DNA of 64,000 bases from an uncultured delta proteobacterium (lineage in GTDB: Bacteria > Desulfobacterota > Desulfobacteria > Desulfobacterales > JAHEIW01). The notes below the pieces were generated by a model. The model was not told the origin of the DNA. It was given only the letters and a program-made list of their open reading frames with translations, and ran no database searches. The stretch is from assembly GCA_963706575.1 (NCBI GenBank), contig CAVPNL010000004.1, forward strand, positions 384,001 to 448,000, given 5' to 3'. This document shows positions 9,901-19,209 of the stretch, one piece after another (the first letter of the stretch is position 1; each line of letters begins with the position of its first letter). The position numbers were made by a program, and so were the translations under genes.

Positions 9901-9967
9901 TGTCATTCCCGCGCAGGCGGGAATCCAGGCAGTTTTGAACTGGACTCCCGCCTGCGCGGGAGTGACA
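9901..9967. repeat. 67-bp palindromic repeat, copy 2
   Basis: Reverse complement of 666-732 with a few changes, mostly in the loop. Confidence 0.9.
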
Positions 9968-10021
9968 GTCATTTTGTACCCTATTTACCGGACACAACAA
10001 TAGCATCAGACAGGCAACTTA

Positions 10022-11020
10022 ATGAAAAAGAAAAAGCTGATCGTTTTTGATATGGACGGGGTTCTGATCGATGTCTCCGGGTCGTATCGCGAGACGGTTC
10101 GACAAACGGCCAGGCTCTTTTTTAAAATGGCCCCTTCATCAGATAAATTGCCGGAACCTCTTTTTCCGCTGACGGATCTGGCGACCGTCAAGCAAAGCGG
10201 CGGTCTCAATAACGACTGGGATTTATCCTGCCTGGTGATCAGCCTGTTATTTAACGTGATCGAGAAACCACCGGTTTATGAGCGTAAAGACCCCTGGGAC
10301 CGCTACCGGGAAACGATCAGCCAGTGCCATATGGCTGCCCTGGCCCAGTTTCTCAAATCAACCCCGACACCCCTGTCGAATTTGCTTCGCAAGGCCGGTA
10401 TGACTCAAAACGACTTTATCTATGGCTTATATACGGGTGACGTGGGCAGCGGCAACATCATCAAACAAATTTTTCAGGAAGTGTATTTAGGAAAAGACCT
10501 GTTTGAAGCCACCTACGGGCTGGTTCCGCAGTTTTACCTTGATGAAGGCTTTAATCAGCGCGAGCAGCTTCTGATAGATAAACAGCTGCTTGAAGAACTG
10601 GCTGCAAATCATATTGTAGCGATTGCCACCGGCAGGCCCAGGGCCGAGGCACATTACCCGCTGCACCATTTTGGTATCAGAAAATATTTTGCAAGCGTCA
10701 TGGCGCTGGAAGACTGCCTCGAGGAAGAAGCGCGCCGGCAGGAAACGGAGGCCCAAAAGGTTTCACTGAGCAAACCCGATCCCTTTATGCTGGACGCCAT
10801 CGCAGACAGCCACAAAGATCTCTTCACCGAATCCTATTATATCGGTGATATGCCTGACGACATGCTGGCCGCTAAAAAATCAGCGGGCGGGTACACAGCC
10901 GTCGGAATGATCATGTCGGCACCGGATAAGGAAAGTCTTAAAAAAGAGCTTAAGCGCGCCGGCGCCGACACCATTCTTGAAGATTTCAATCAGCTAAAAG
11001 GTCTTGTAGAGACCGGTTAA
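10022..11020 (+). CDS. HAD-superfamily hydrolase (IA) with large cap domain
   Basis: FDMDGVLID, GGLNNDWD, ATGRP, KPDP, IGDMPDD motifs. Confidence 0.85.
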   Translation: MKKKKLIVFDMDGVLIDVSGSYRETVRQTARLFFKMAPSSDKLPEPLFPLTDLATVKQSGGLNNDWDLSCLVISLLFNVIEKPPVYERKDPWDRYRETISQCHMAALAQFLKSTPTPLSNLLRKAGMTQNDFIYGLYTGDVGSGNIIKQIFQEVYLGKDLFEATYGLVPQFYLDEGFNQREQLLIDKQLLEELAANHIVAIATGRPRAEAHYPLHHFGIRKYFASVMALEDCLEEEARRQETEAQKVSLSKPDPFMLDAIADSHKDLFTESYYIGDMPDDMLAAKKSAGGYTAVGMIMSAPDKESLKKELKRAGADTILEDFNQLKGLVETG

Positions 11021-11057
11021 AAAAAGCCGAAATACCACCGGGATATTTTCAGCGCCT

Positions 11058-12410
11058 TTATACCAGACCCTGGTCAAGGGTGGCATTGGCAACCCGCACA
11101 AATCCGGCGATGTTGGCGCCGACCAGATAGTTGCCGGGCACGCCGTAACGTTCGGCCACATCCAGGCAGTTCTGGTGGATGTTTTTCATAATGGTTTTAA
11201 GGCGCCTGTCGACCTCCTCTGCCGACCAGTTCAGGAGCATTCTGTTCTGGGCCATCTCCAGCCCCGATACCGCCACCCCGCCTGCATTGGCGGCCTTGGC
11301 CGGAGCAAAGAGCAGTTTTTTATCCATAAAGATTTTGACCGCTTGCGGTGATGACGGCATATCGGCACCTTCGCAGATCAATTTGATGCCGTTGTTAAGC
11401 AGGTTGAAAGCATCATTTTCCCCGATCTCATTTTCGACGGCACAGGGAAAGGCGCAATCGGCCCGTTGATTCCACAACGGATTGTATCCCAGTGAGGTGT
11501 CGGCTTCCGTGTAATCCGTTTCGGAGTATTTATCGATATATTCCTTGATTCTTCCCCGTTTCATATTTTTCAGGCGTTTGACGAAATCCAGCTTTTTTTG
11601 ATCAATGCCTTCCGGATCAAAGATAAAGCCGGATGAATCCGAAAGGGTCACGACCTTGCCGCCCAGTTCGATGATTTTTTCGGCCGTGTGCTGCGCCACG
11701 TTCCCGGAGCCGGATACCAGACAGGTCTTTCCTTCCAGAGATTCATTGTTCGCAGCGAGCATCTCGGCGGCGAAATAGACAATGCCGTATCCGGTTGCCT
11801 GGGGGCGAATATGGCTGCCGCCCCACTGCAGCCCTTTGCCGGTCAAAACACCGGCAAATTCATTGCGCTGTTTTTTATACATGCCGAAGAGATAGCCGAT
11901 TTCCCTAACCCCCACCCCCAGGCCACCGTCAGGAATGTCGGTATCCTGGCCGATGTGATGGGAGAGCTCGCTCATATAACTCTGACAGAACCGCATGACC
12001 TCATCATCGGATTTTCCTTTGGGTTCAAAATCGGACCCGCCCTGGGCGCCCCCCATCGGCAGAGTGGTGAGGGCGTTTTTAAAAGTTTGCTCAAATGCTA
12101 AAAATTTAAGGATACCCAGATTGACCGACGGGTGAAATCTCAACGACCCCTTAAAGGGACCCAGGGCGCTGTTCATTTCGATCTGATATCCCCGATTTAC
12201 GCGCACCTGCCTTTCGTCATCCATCCACGGAACCCGAAACAGTATGACGCGCTCAGGTTCCGTAATCCGCTCTAGAATACCCAGCTGACGATACTCCGGG
12301 TGGTGGTCCAAAACCGGCTTTATGGTGTCGACGAACTCCTTCACCGCCTGATGAAATTCTTTCTCCCCCGGATCCCTTGCCAAGATCTGCTTCAAAGTTG
12401 TATCTGACAT
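11058..12410 (-). CDS. gdhA: NADP-type glutamate dehydrogenase homologue with substituted catalytic residues
   Basis: Full-length GdhA (EPER, LRFHPSVN, GSGNVA, KAANAGGV), but GGGKGG reads GGAQGG and PAGDIG reads PDGGLG. Confidence 0.85.
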   Translation of the reverse strand: MSDTTLKQILARDPGEKEFHQAVKEFVDTIKPVLDHHPEYRQLGILERITEPERVILFRVPWMDDERQVRVNRGYQIEMNSALGPFKGSLRFHPSVNLGILKFLAFEQTFKNALTTLPMGGAQGGSDFEPKGKSDDEVMRFCQSYMSELSHHIGQDTDIPDGGLGVGVREIGYLFGMYKKQRNEFAGVLTGKGLQWGGSHIRPQATGYGIVYFAAEMLAANNESLEGKTCLVSGSGNVAQHTAEKIIELGGKVVTLSDSSGFIFDPEGIDQKKLDFVKRLKNMKRGRIKEYIDKYSETDYTEADTSLGYNPLWNQRADCAFPCAVENEIGENDAFNLLNNGIKLICEGADMPSSPQAVKIFMDKKLLFAPAKAANAGGVAVSGLEMAQNRMLLNWSAEEVDRRLKTIMKNIHQNCLDVAERYGVPGNYLVGANIAGFVRVANATLDQGLV

Positions 12411-12463
12411 CTCCAACCTCCTTCAATCGGGTCCGTTGGCACAGACCCGTCAGTTCTAAAGGT

Positions 12464-14047
12464 TTAAGCTTCGATGATCTCTAAAGCTTCCTGACGATAG
12501 GCGTCCATGACATACTGGATGCCGGTGATTTTGGCACATTCTTCCGTCAGGGAGAATAGATCGTCCCGGCTGATATACGCTACTTTCCAGTTGCGAGATC
12601 CGGCCATCAGTTGCTGAAGCCCCACTTTGATTTTATCCACGACGTTAAAGAGTCCGACGGCGCCCAACGGCATGCTGTCGATCTCCGATCCGTATTTGCC
12701 CTTGAGGACTTCATAATTCATAAAAATTTCTTCTTTGGTATATCCGAATTTAGATACGGTGGTCGGCAATCCGCCATCTTCGTCCCGCAGCCATTTTTCA
12801 GCATTTTTGCCGACCATACCCGGGATCATCAATGAGCGGCCCATGCAAACGGCTTTGCAATAGGGTGCCCCCAGCGCCAGCGCTTTGAAAACATGGTCTT
12901 CAGATGAAAAGCCGCCGGCAAAAGCAAGGTCCGGGACGCGCCGGCCGTTTTTGGCAAGCCGTTGACTTAATTCAAAGGCCATGGAATGGAGGTAAATAGA
13001 AGGAATGCCCCACTCGCACATCATGCGCCAGGGACTCATTCCGGTACCGCCGGGTGCCCCGTCGATGGTCAGCAGATCGATATCGGCATCAGACGACCAG
13101 CGGATGGCCATGGCCAGCTCCCGCATCGGATAGGCGCCGGTCTTCAGGGTAATGCGCTTGGCGCCCAGTTTGCGCAGGCGCTCCACCTCCTGCATGAAGC
13201 CTTCCTGATCCACGAAACCCAGACGCGAGTGCCTTTCAAATTGTTTCAAAGGTCCGGCCTTAAAAGCGGCCTGGTGTGCAGGGTCTTCCGGATCCGGTGT
13301 TACGATGTAGCCGCGCCTTTTTAATTCAAGGGCGCGGTCAAGGGAGTCGACCTTGATTTCCCCCCCGATACACTTGGCGCCCTGGCCCCATTTGAGCTCG
13401 ATGGTTTCGACCCCATGCTTATCAATCACATATTCCGCCACGCCATTGCGGGTATCCTCCACATTCATCTGAACCATGATGTCGCCATAGCCTTCATGGT
13501 AGCGGCGATATTCCTGGATACGGCGATCCATCTCCGGCGACTTTTTGATCAGGCCGTTGTCGCCGATTTCCAATTCAGGATCGATCCCGCAAACATTTTC
13601 GCCGCACACCAGACTGATCCCGCTGATGGCGGCGCCGATGGCAAAGTGGTCCCAATTTTTGCGCGCGATATCCGTACTGCCGAGGGCGCCCGTGAAAATC
13701 GGCACCTTCATCTTCACTTTATCGTTAACCCCGTATTCGGTTTCGGTATCGACATTGGGAAAGGTGGCTTTATCAGGATCGGCTTCAATTCCCTTGGCGC
13801 CCAGGGCATAACCCATAATATTCAAATGAGAATAATCCACCGGGTAGTCCTTATCGGCGCCGGCGGTAACGCTGCCAAAGGGTTCCGGATAAAGAAGCTC
13901 CCGTCCCCGGAAAGTGGCTTTGAAAATATCGCAATTTCCCTTGCAACCATCCAAACACCTGCTGCAGATACCGGATTGGGGTGCAATATCGCGAGATCTG
14001 TTCCTGGTCTGAAGCGCATCGTTTGCATTCGGTCGATTGAGATTCAT
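12464..14047 (-). CDS. Stand-alone FMN-binding glutamate synthase family protein
   Basis: IELKWGQGAK, IDGAPGGTGMSP, FAGG, KALALGA...MGR; N-terminal CxxCxxxCxxxC; no glutamine amidotransferase domain. Confidence 0.85.
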   Translation of the reverse strand: MNLNRPNANDALQTRNRSRDIAPQSGICSRCLDGCKGNCDIFKATFRGRELLYPEPFGSVTAGADKDYPVDYSHLNIMGYALGAKGIEADPDKATFPNVDTETEYGVNDKVKMKVPIFTGALGSTDIARKNWDHFAIGAAISGISLVCGENVCGIDPELEIGDNGLIKKSPEMDRRIQEYRRYHEGYGDIMVQMNVEDTRNGVAEYVIDKHGVETIELKWGQGAKCIGGEIKVDSLDRALELKRRGYIVTPDPEDPAHQAAFKAGPLKQFERHSRLGFVDQEGFMQEVERLRKLGAKRITLKTGAYPMRELAMAIRWSSDADIDLLTIDGAPGGTGMSPWRMMCEWGIPSIYLHSMAFELSQRLAKNGRRVPDLAFAGGFSSEDHVFKALALGAPYCKAVCMGRSLMIPGMVGKNAEKWLRDEDGGLPTTVSKFGYTKEEIFMNYEVLKGKYGSEIDSMPLGAVGLFNVVDKIKVGLQQLMAGSRNWKVAYISRDDLFSLTEECAKITGIQYVMDAYRQEALEIIEA

Positions 14048-14428
14048 CGTTTCTCTCCTTGTTTCCCCTGGTGAAAGTTAAAAAATCCGCTCCCCCCTGG
14101 TCGATTATCCCCGTTAACAAGCGGTTTAAACAATTTAGGTGTTACCGCGACCAAAAATCAATTGTCCTTTGCGGAGCGTGTGCGGTAATGGGTCGTTGGT
14201 TTAAATGCATGTCTATATACCAATCCTAAAATTTTGTAAAATGGTTATTCTTACTTTGTGGCACTGATCATATAACGGTAAGGGGGCCAGACATATTGAG
14301 GATTTGAGCAGCTAAAATCATTAGATAGAGGCCGGATAAAATTGCGCGCGGCATAAAAGCTGGAGGATGCTGAAATAGATTATTCTTTAAGACCGAAATA
14401 TCTTATTCCACATGCCAGACACAAAGTA

Positions 14429-15310
14429 TCAGCACATTTGTCGAAACGCTTCATAAGCGTTCTCAAAGCGATCGAGATTTTTCTTAGTGTAGTCCACGTA
14501 ATCGAAATCCAGGGTTGAGTGGATCTCAGAGACAATGCTCCACAGTGTTTCACGCAATAATGATACACACTTCATTGCAGCAAGACGGCGGCGCAGTCCG
14601 TCTGTCACCGCTTCCTGATAGTAGGTCTCCAGGACCCAATCTTCCTGTGCCGGAGATAGCTCATTGTTTGATGACAGATTCGCAAGATCAAATAGCGCTG
14701 TATTGTAGCCCGCATAATCCCAGTCGAGGAGCCAGAGCCGCTTGCCGTCATCAATGAAATTAGCGGCCAGCAGATCATTATGACCGAATACCAATTTTAT
14801 TTCACCGACTGTTTTTTCCAATTCTTCGTTGACTTCAAGAAAGCGCGGAAGGTGGTCGATCATCCGGCTGTTGCCCTCCCGGGCCGTGTGAATGTAGTTT
14901 CGGCAGACATGGAACGGCCAGAAGACCAGTGCCGCACCCATAAAATGTTTTGGTATTTCATTGTGACAGGCATGGATCAGGTGAATAATTCGTTCCAGGT
15001 TGTTCGGCTCACGCACTTCAGGCTCCGTAAGTGTTTTGCCTTCAATGAATCGCATAATAAAGATGCCCTCGGCGCTATAGACAATTTCAGGCGAGATGCC
15101 GGCAGCATAAGCCGCGCGCGCAGCTGCGACCTCGTTAAAGCGCATGACCCCGTGAACCGGGATGTCTTCGCCAACCCGGACGACAAAAAGCTCACCTCGG
15201 TCGTCAACGACAAAATTGGTGTTGGTAATACCGCCAGCCAGAGGTTTAGGCTCTACTGGTGAAGCCCAAAAATCCAAATTTGCAACCCGATCGCGGGTAC
15301 GCGTGTTCAT
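14429..15310 (-). CDS. Choline/ethanolamine kinase family phosphotransferase
   Basis: GGITN, Brenner motif HNDLLAANF, LLDWDYAG. Confidence 0.85.
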   Translation of the reverse strand: MNTRTRDRVANLDFWASPVEPKPLAGGITNTNFVVDDRGELFVVRVGEDIPVHGVMRFNEVAAARAAYAAGISPEIVYSAEGIFIMRFIEGKTLTEPEVREPNNLERIIHLIHACHNEIPKHFMGAALVFWPFHVCRNYIHTAREGNSRMIDHLPRFLEVNEELEKTVGEIKLVFGHNDLLAANFIDDGKRLWLLDWDYAGYNTALFDLANLSSNNELSPAQEDWVLETYYQEAVTDGLRRRLAAMKCVSLLRETLWSIVSEIHSTLDFDYVDYTKKNLDRFENAYEAFRQMC

Positions 15311-15559
15311 GATCTTAGCCTTTTTTTAATATCATCAGAGTATTCTTACGTTCAAGGCTCTATGCTTTGATCAGGCGATCAGAAAAAATGGAAAAAAGAA
15401 TGAAACGAAAAAGCTAATATCAGAGGAATCCGGCGTAGTCAAGTTGCCGTCAACTGCTCTTTGGGAAAAAAGATGTAAAAATAATAAGAACTTTTTTTTT
15501 AAAGGAAGTATAAAAAAATGAATCCTCAATACCATACAAATAGGAAGAACATTTTTCGA

Positions 15560-15587
15560 TTGACACAACTACAAGTTCCACTATAAA
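15560..15587 (+). promoter_or_regulatory. Putative sigma70 promoter for the Liv ATPase genes
   Basis: TTGACA-N16-TATAAA about 100 bp upstream of 15690. Confidence 0.5.
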
Positions 15588-15689
15588 ACCCATCCATAGA
15601 AAGCGTCCTCTTATTACCTGTTTATCTGGAACCAATGAACCTCACTATTTCTATTTACCTCAGAATGACATAAAGGAGCAACAAAGCCG

Positions 15690-16460
15690 GTGACAATACT
15701 CGAAGTGAAGGGATTGAGCAAGTACTTCGGCGGTCTAGCCGCGCTAAATGACATCAATCTCACCATCCAGGAAGGTGAAATAAGAGGAATAATTGGCCCC
15801 AATGGTGCGGGCAAGACCACCCTTTTTAATGTCGTCAGCGGGGTGTACCGCCCCGACTCAGGACAGATATTCTATATGGATGACAAGCGTATCGATGGTC
15901 TTGCTACAAGTAAGATAGCAGAAATGGGACTGGTCCGGACTTTCCAGCGCACAGCCCTCTATCAAGATTTTACCGTCCTCAAAAATGTCACCGTGGCCCG
16001 CCATCTTCATGCCAGGGAAAATATCTTTGGCGTGTTTGCCGGCACGGTTAAGAAATTGGAAGCGGAAAATGTTGAAAAGGCTTCCGAAATAGTGGATTTC
16101 ATGAAATTGGGACCCCTTAAAAATGAGCTGGCGGCAAACCTGCCTCACGGTCACCAGAGAGCGCTGGGTGTTGCCATTGCACTGGCCAGTGAGCCCAAGG
16201 TATTGCTGCTGGATGAGCCCCTGACCGGCATGACCCCGACCGAAAAAGCAGATATGATCGATCTGATCAGAAAAGTGCACCAGCAGGGTATTACTATCCT
16301 GATCGTGGAGCACGATATGAAATCTGTTATGGAACTGTGTGACTATATCAGCGTACTTGATTTCGGTAAACTGCTGGTCGAAGGAATCCCCGCTGAAATA
16401 CAGAACGATGAAACGGTAATTAATGCGTATCTGGGGACTGAAAACATGATATCGGCGTGA
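15690..16460 (+). CDS. livG: Branched-chain-amino-acid-type ABC ATPase (LivG-like)
   Basis: GPNGAGKT, RTFQ, LPHGHQR, LLLDEP, VEHDM, AYLG. Confidence 0.9.
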   Translation: MTILEVKGLSKYFGGLAALNDINLTIQEGEIRGIIGPNGAGKTTLFNVVSGVYRPDSGQIFYMDDKRIDGLATSKIAEMGLVRTFQRTALYQDFTVLKNVTVARHLHARENIFGVFAGTVKKLEAENVEKASEIVDFMKLGPLKNELAANLPHGHQRALGVAIALASEPKVLLLDEPLTGMTPTEKADMIDLIRKVHQQGITILIVEHDMKSVMELCDYISVLDFGKLLVEGIPAEIQNDETVINAYLGTENMISA

Positions 16461-16470
16461 GGTAAAAAAA

Positions 16471-17181
16471 TTGCTTCTTGAGGTTAAAGACATCACGGTG
16501 CATTACTTCAAGGTACCCGCCATTAGAAACATTTCAATAACCGTAGATGATGGTGAAATCGTTGCGCTTATTGGGTCGAACGGAGCCGGCAAAACGACCA
16601 CCCTACGCGCCATCAGCGGTTTGAAACACCCCACTACGGGAGAAATCCACTTCAAGGGTCAGAGAATAGACAAGCTGCCTCCGTATAAGATAAATGCCCG
16701 GGGTATTGCCATGGTTCCCGAAGGAAGACGGGTCTTCCCTCAAATGACGGTGCTGGAAAACCTCTTAATGGGTGCTTTTTTGCGCAAGCAAAAGGACGCT
16801 ATACAAAAAGACTTAGATGAATTGGTCTTCAGGCATTTCCCGCGCCTCAAAGAAAGAACAACGCAGGATGCCGGTACCTTAAGCGGGGGTGAGCAACAGA
16901 TGCTGGCTATGGGACGCGCGCTCATGTCTGCGCCCAAACTGCTCCTTCTGGATGAACCTTCTCTGGGTCTGTCACCTATCATGTGTGGAGAAATTGGAAA
17001 AATCATTATGAATATCCATACCGAAGGCAGAACCGTCATCCTGGTAGAGCAAAACGCCCGTCTGGCCCTGGGGCTGGCCCAATATGCCTATGTTATCGAG
17101 ACCGGCGATATCGCTCTATCCGGCCCGGCTAAAGAGCTACGTGAAAACGATAATGTGAAAAAAGCCTATCTGGGGGGTTAA
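16471..17181 (+). CDS. livF: Branched-chain-amino-acid-type ABC ATPase (LivF-like)
   Basis: GSNGAGKT, VPEGRRVF, LSGGEQQML, DEPSLGL, VEQNA. Confidence 0.9.
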   Translation: MLLEVKDITVHYFKVPAIRNISITVDDGEIVALIGSNGAGKTTTLRAISGLKHPTTGEIHFKGQRIDKLPPYKINARGIAMVPEGRRVFPQMTVLENLLMGAFLRKQKDAIQKDLDELVFRHFPRLKERTTQDAGTLSGGEQQMLAMGRALMSAPKLLLLDEPSLGLSPIMCGEIGKIIMNIHTEGRTVILVEQNARLALGLAQYAYVIETGDIALSGPAKELRENDNVKKAYLGG

Positions 17182-17202
17182 AAACCTAGCCAGATAAATA
17201 TT

Positions 17203-17239
17203 AAAAACCGCCTAAATTTATTGACTAGGCGGTTTTTTT
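17203..17239. terminator. Bidirectional intrinsic terminator between convergent livF and livM
   Basis: aaaaaccgccta...taggcggttttttt. Confidence 0.75.
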
Positions 17240-17262
17240 GTAACTGTAATTATTTTTTTTAT

Positions 17263-18243
17263 TCAGCCTACTTCCGTTGCCGGCACACCACGCAACTTTT
17301 GCCACTGAGCGACAACCTTCGAGATCAAGCTCTCAATACCTCCGGGTATAAACAGCAGCACAAATATAATGGCAAGACCGAAAAACGCAGGTCTTATCTG
17401 TATTAGCGGGCGTGAGAGTTCGAAAGCGGTATACATCACAGATACCCCAATAATCGGCCCCCAGAAGGTATTGGTACCACCAACAACCACCCAGATGAGA
17501 AGGTATAGCATGGTGTGGATGTCGAACAACTTCGGATCAACGGCGCCCAATCGGTGAACCAGAAGCCCCCCTGCTATACCTGCAATGAAACTGCCGATGG
17601 CACAGGCCAACAGTCTGTGTCGGGGAATATTTATTCCGGTCGACGCCGCCAGACCAGGATCCATGGAGATCGCTTTAAAAGCATCCCCGATCCGCGATTT
17701 TTCTATGCGATACAGCAAATACAGTACAATGAGCATGACCACCAGGCTGAAGAAATAGTAGGGAATCGAATCACTAAAATCGATTCCTCCGATTACCGGC
17801 GGGTAGGGGATGCTGATGATGCCCGTGGAACCGCCAAAGGGGTAGCGAAACTTTAGCCAGGTCAACCTGATGAGCTCCGCCAGCCCAAAAGTGGCGATAT
17901 AAAAGCTCCACCCTGTGGTTCTCAGCAGAATCAAAGTAATCATGACACCAAACAGGCAGGCCATTACCCCTCCCACGGGGATGGCTAAAAAGACCGGGAA
18001 ACCGAAATTCTTTGCCAACATGCCGCTGGTGTAAGCACCGACACCGTACAGGACTACATGATACAGCTGCCAGTCATGCACCGTAACGATTAGGCGGTAA
18101 CTCTGGGCAAGGATGATCCAGATAAAGAAAATCATGGCGACTTCAACCAGATATGGCCTGGCAAAAAAGGGGAACATACACAGCCCTATAATTACGGCTA
18201 CCAACGCCCCAATCCTGAATCTTTCGGTGTTAGTTGGTGACAC
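17263..18243 (-). CDS. livM: Liv-type ABC permease (LivM-like)
   Basis: GAYTS, SRIGDAFKAI, VVVGG..TFWGPIIG. Confidence 0.85.
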   Translation of the reverse strand: MSPTNTERFRIGALVAVIIGLCMFPFFARPYLVEVAMIFFIWIILAQSYRLIVTVHDWQLYHVVLYGVGAYTSGMLAKNFGFPVFLAIPVGGVMACLFGVMITLILLRTTGWSFYIATFGLAELIRLTWLKFRYPFGGSTGIISIPYPPVIGGIDFSDSIPYYFFSLVVMLIVLYLLYRIEKSRIGDAFKAISMDPGLAASTGINIPRHRLLACAIGSFIAGIAGGLLVHRLGAVDPKLFDIHTMLYLLIWVVVGGTNTFWGPIIGVSVMYTAFELSRPLIQIRPAFFGLAIIFVLLFIPGGIESLISKVVAQWQKLRGVPATEVG

Positions 18244-19099
18244 GGCCCAATAATCCCTGCGGTCTGATTGGTAATACGAGAGCCATAACGGTAACCGAAA
18301 CCATTAAGGCTGCGACACCGTCGACCAGCGTCGTAACAAAGGTCATGACAAAGCCCATGATAATGGAGGCTAGAACGACCCCCCCAACGCTCCCCATTCC
18401 GCCTACAATCACCACGATGAGAGCAGGTAGGATAAGGTGGCCTGCCAGCGCAGGCGTTACCGCATATATCGTCGACATCAGCCCTCCTGCTATGCCGGCC
18501 AAGGCACCGGCAATGGCCAGGGCCAGGGCCGTCATCATGTTGATGTTTATTCCCTGCAGCGATGCGGTTTCCGGGTCCTGAGCCACCGCTCGCAGTGCGC
18601 GTCCCAATCTGAACCGGCGCATAAAGATCATGAGCCCGCCTATGCAAACAACGGCAAAGGGTATGACAAGAACCCTTTGGAAGGCCACCGAAGCACCCAT
18701 AATCTTAAAGGGGCGCATATAGGGACTGGGGATCGTCCGCATATGCCCCCACCCCCAGACTTCGCCGCAAAAGACTTCGATAACAAACATGAGTCCGGCA
18801 GTCGCAATAAACCCAGCGACCACATCCCCCCGTAATGGTCGAAAAATAGCTCGCTCGATGGCCAGACCAACGATCGCACCTACCACCAGTGCCGCGGCCA
18901 CTGCTCCCCAAAATGGCCAACCACCCAAGGCATAGAGGGCATATACGGTATAGGCGCCTATCATAAAGACGTGGGCATGCGCCAAATTTGCCATTTGCAT
19001 GACGCCAAAGGCCAGAGTCAAACCCACGGCTATCAAAGCATACATACTACTGGCTGCGACCGCGTTAGCGATGGTTTGGATTAAAAGCTGGCTAGTCAT
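18230..19099 (-). CDS. livH: Liv-type ABC permease (LivH-like)
   Basis: YALIAVGLTLAFGV..NLAH, LGRALRAVAQD, VIVGGMGS. Confidence 0.88.
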   Translation of the reverse strand: MTSQLLIQTIANAVAASSMYALIAVGLTLAFGVMQMANLAHAHVFMIGAYTVYALYALGGWPFWGAVAAALVVGAIVGLAIERAIFRPLRGDVVAGFIATAGLMFVIEVFCGEVWGWGHMRTIPSPYMRPFKIMGASVAFQRVLVIPFAVVCIGGLMIFMRRFRLGRALRAVAQDPETASLQGININMMTALALAIAGALAGIAGGLMSTIYAVTPALAGHLILPALIVVIVGGMGSVGGVVLASIIMGFVMTFVTTLVDGVAALMVSVTVMALVLPIRPQGLLGRVTN

Positions 19100-19209
19100 A
19101 CGTTACCTCATCACCTGATTGTAATTCCGATAGCAAACTTTGTTAGAAATAACATTTGAAGAAGTATCCACGGGAGCTGGTGCTCAACACCACTCCCGTG
19201 GATTAAGGA

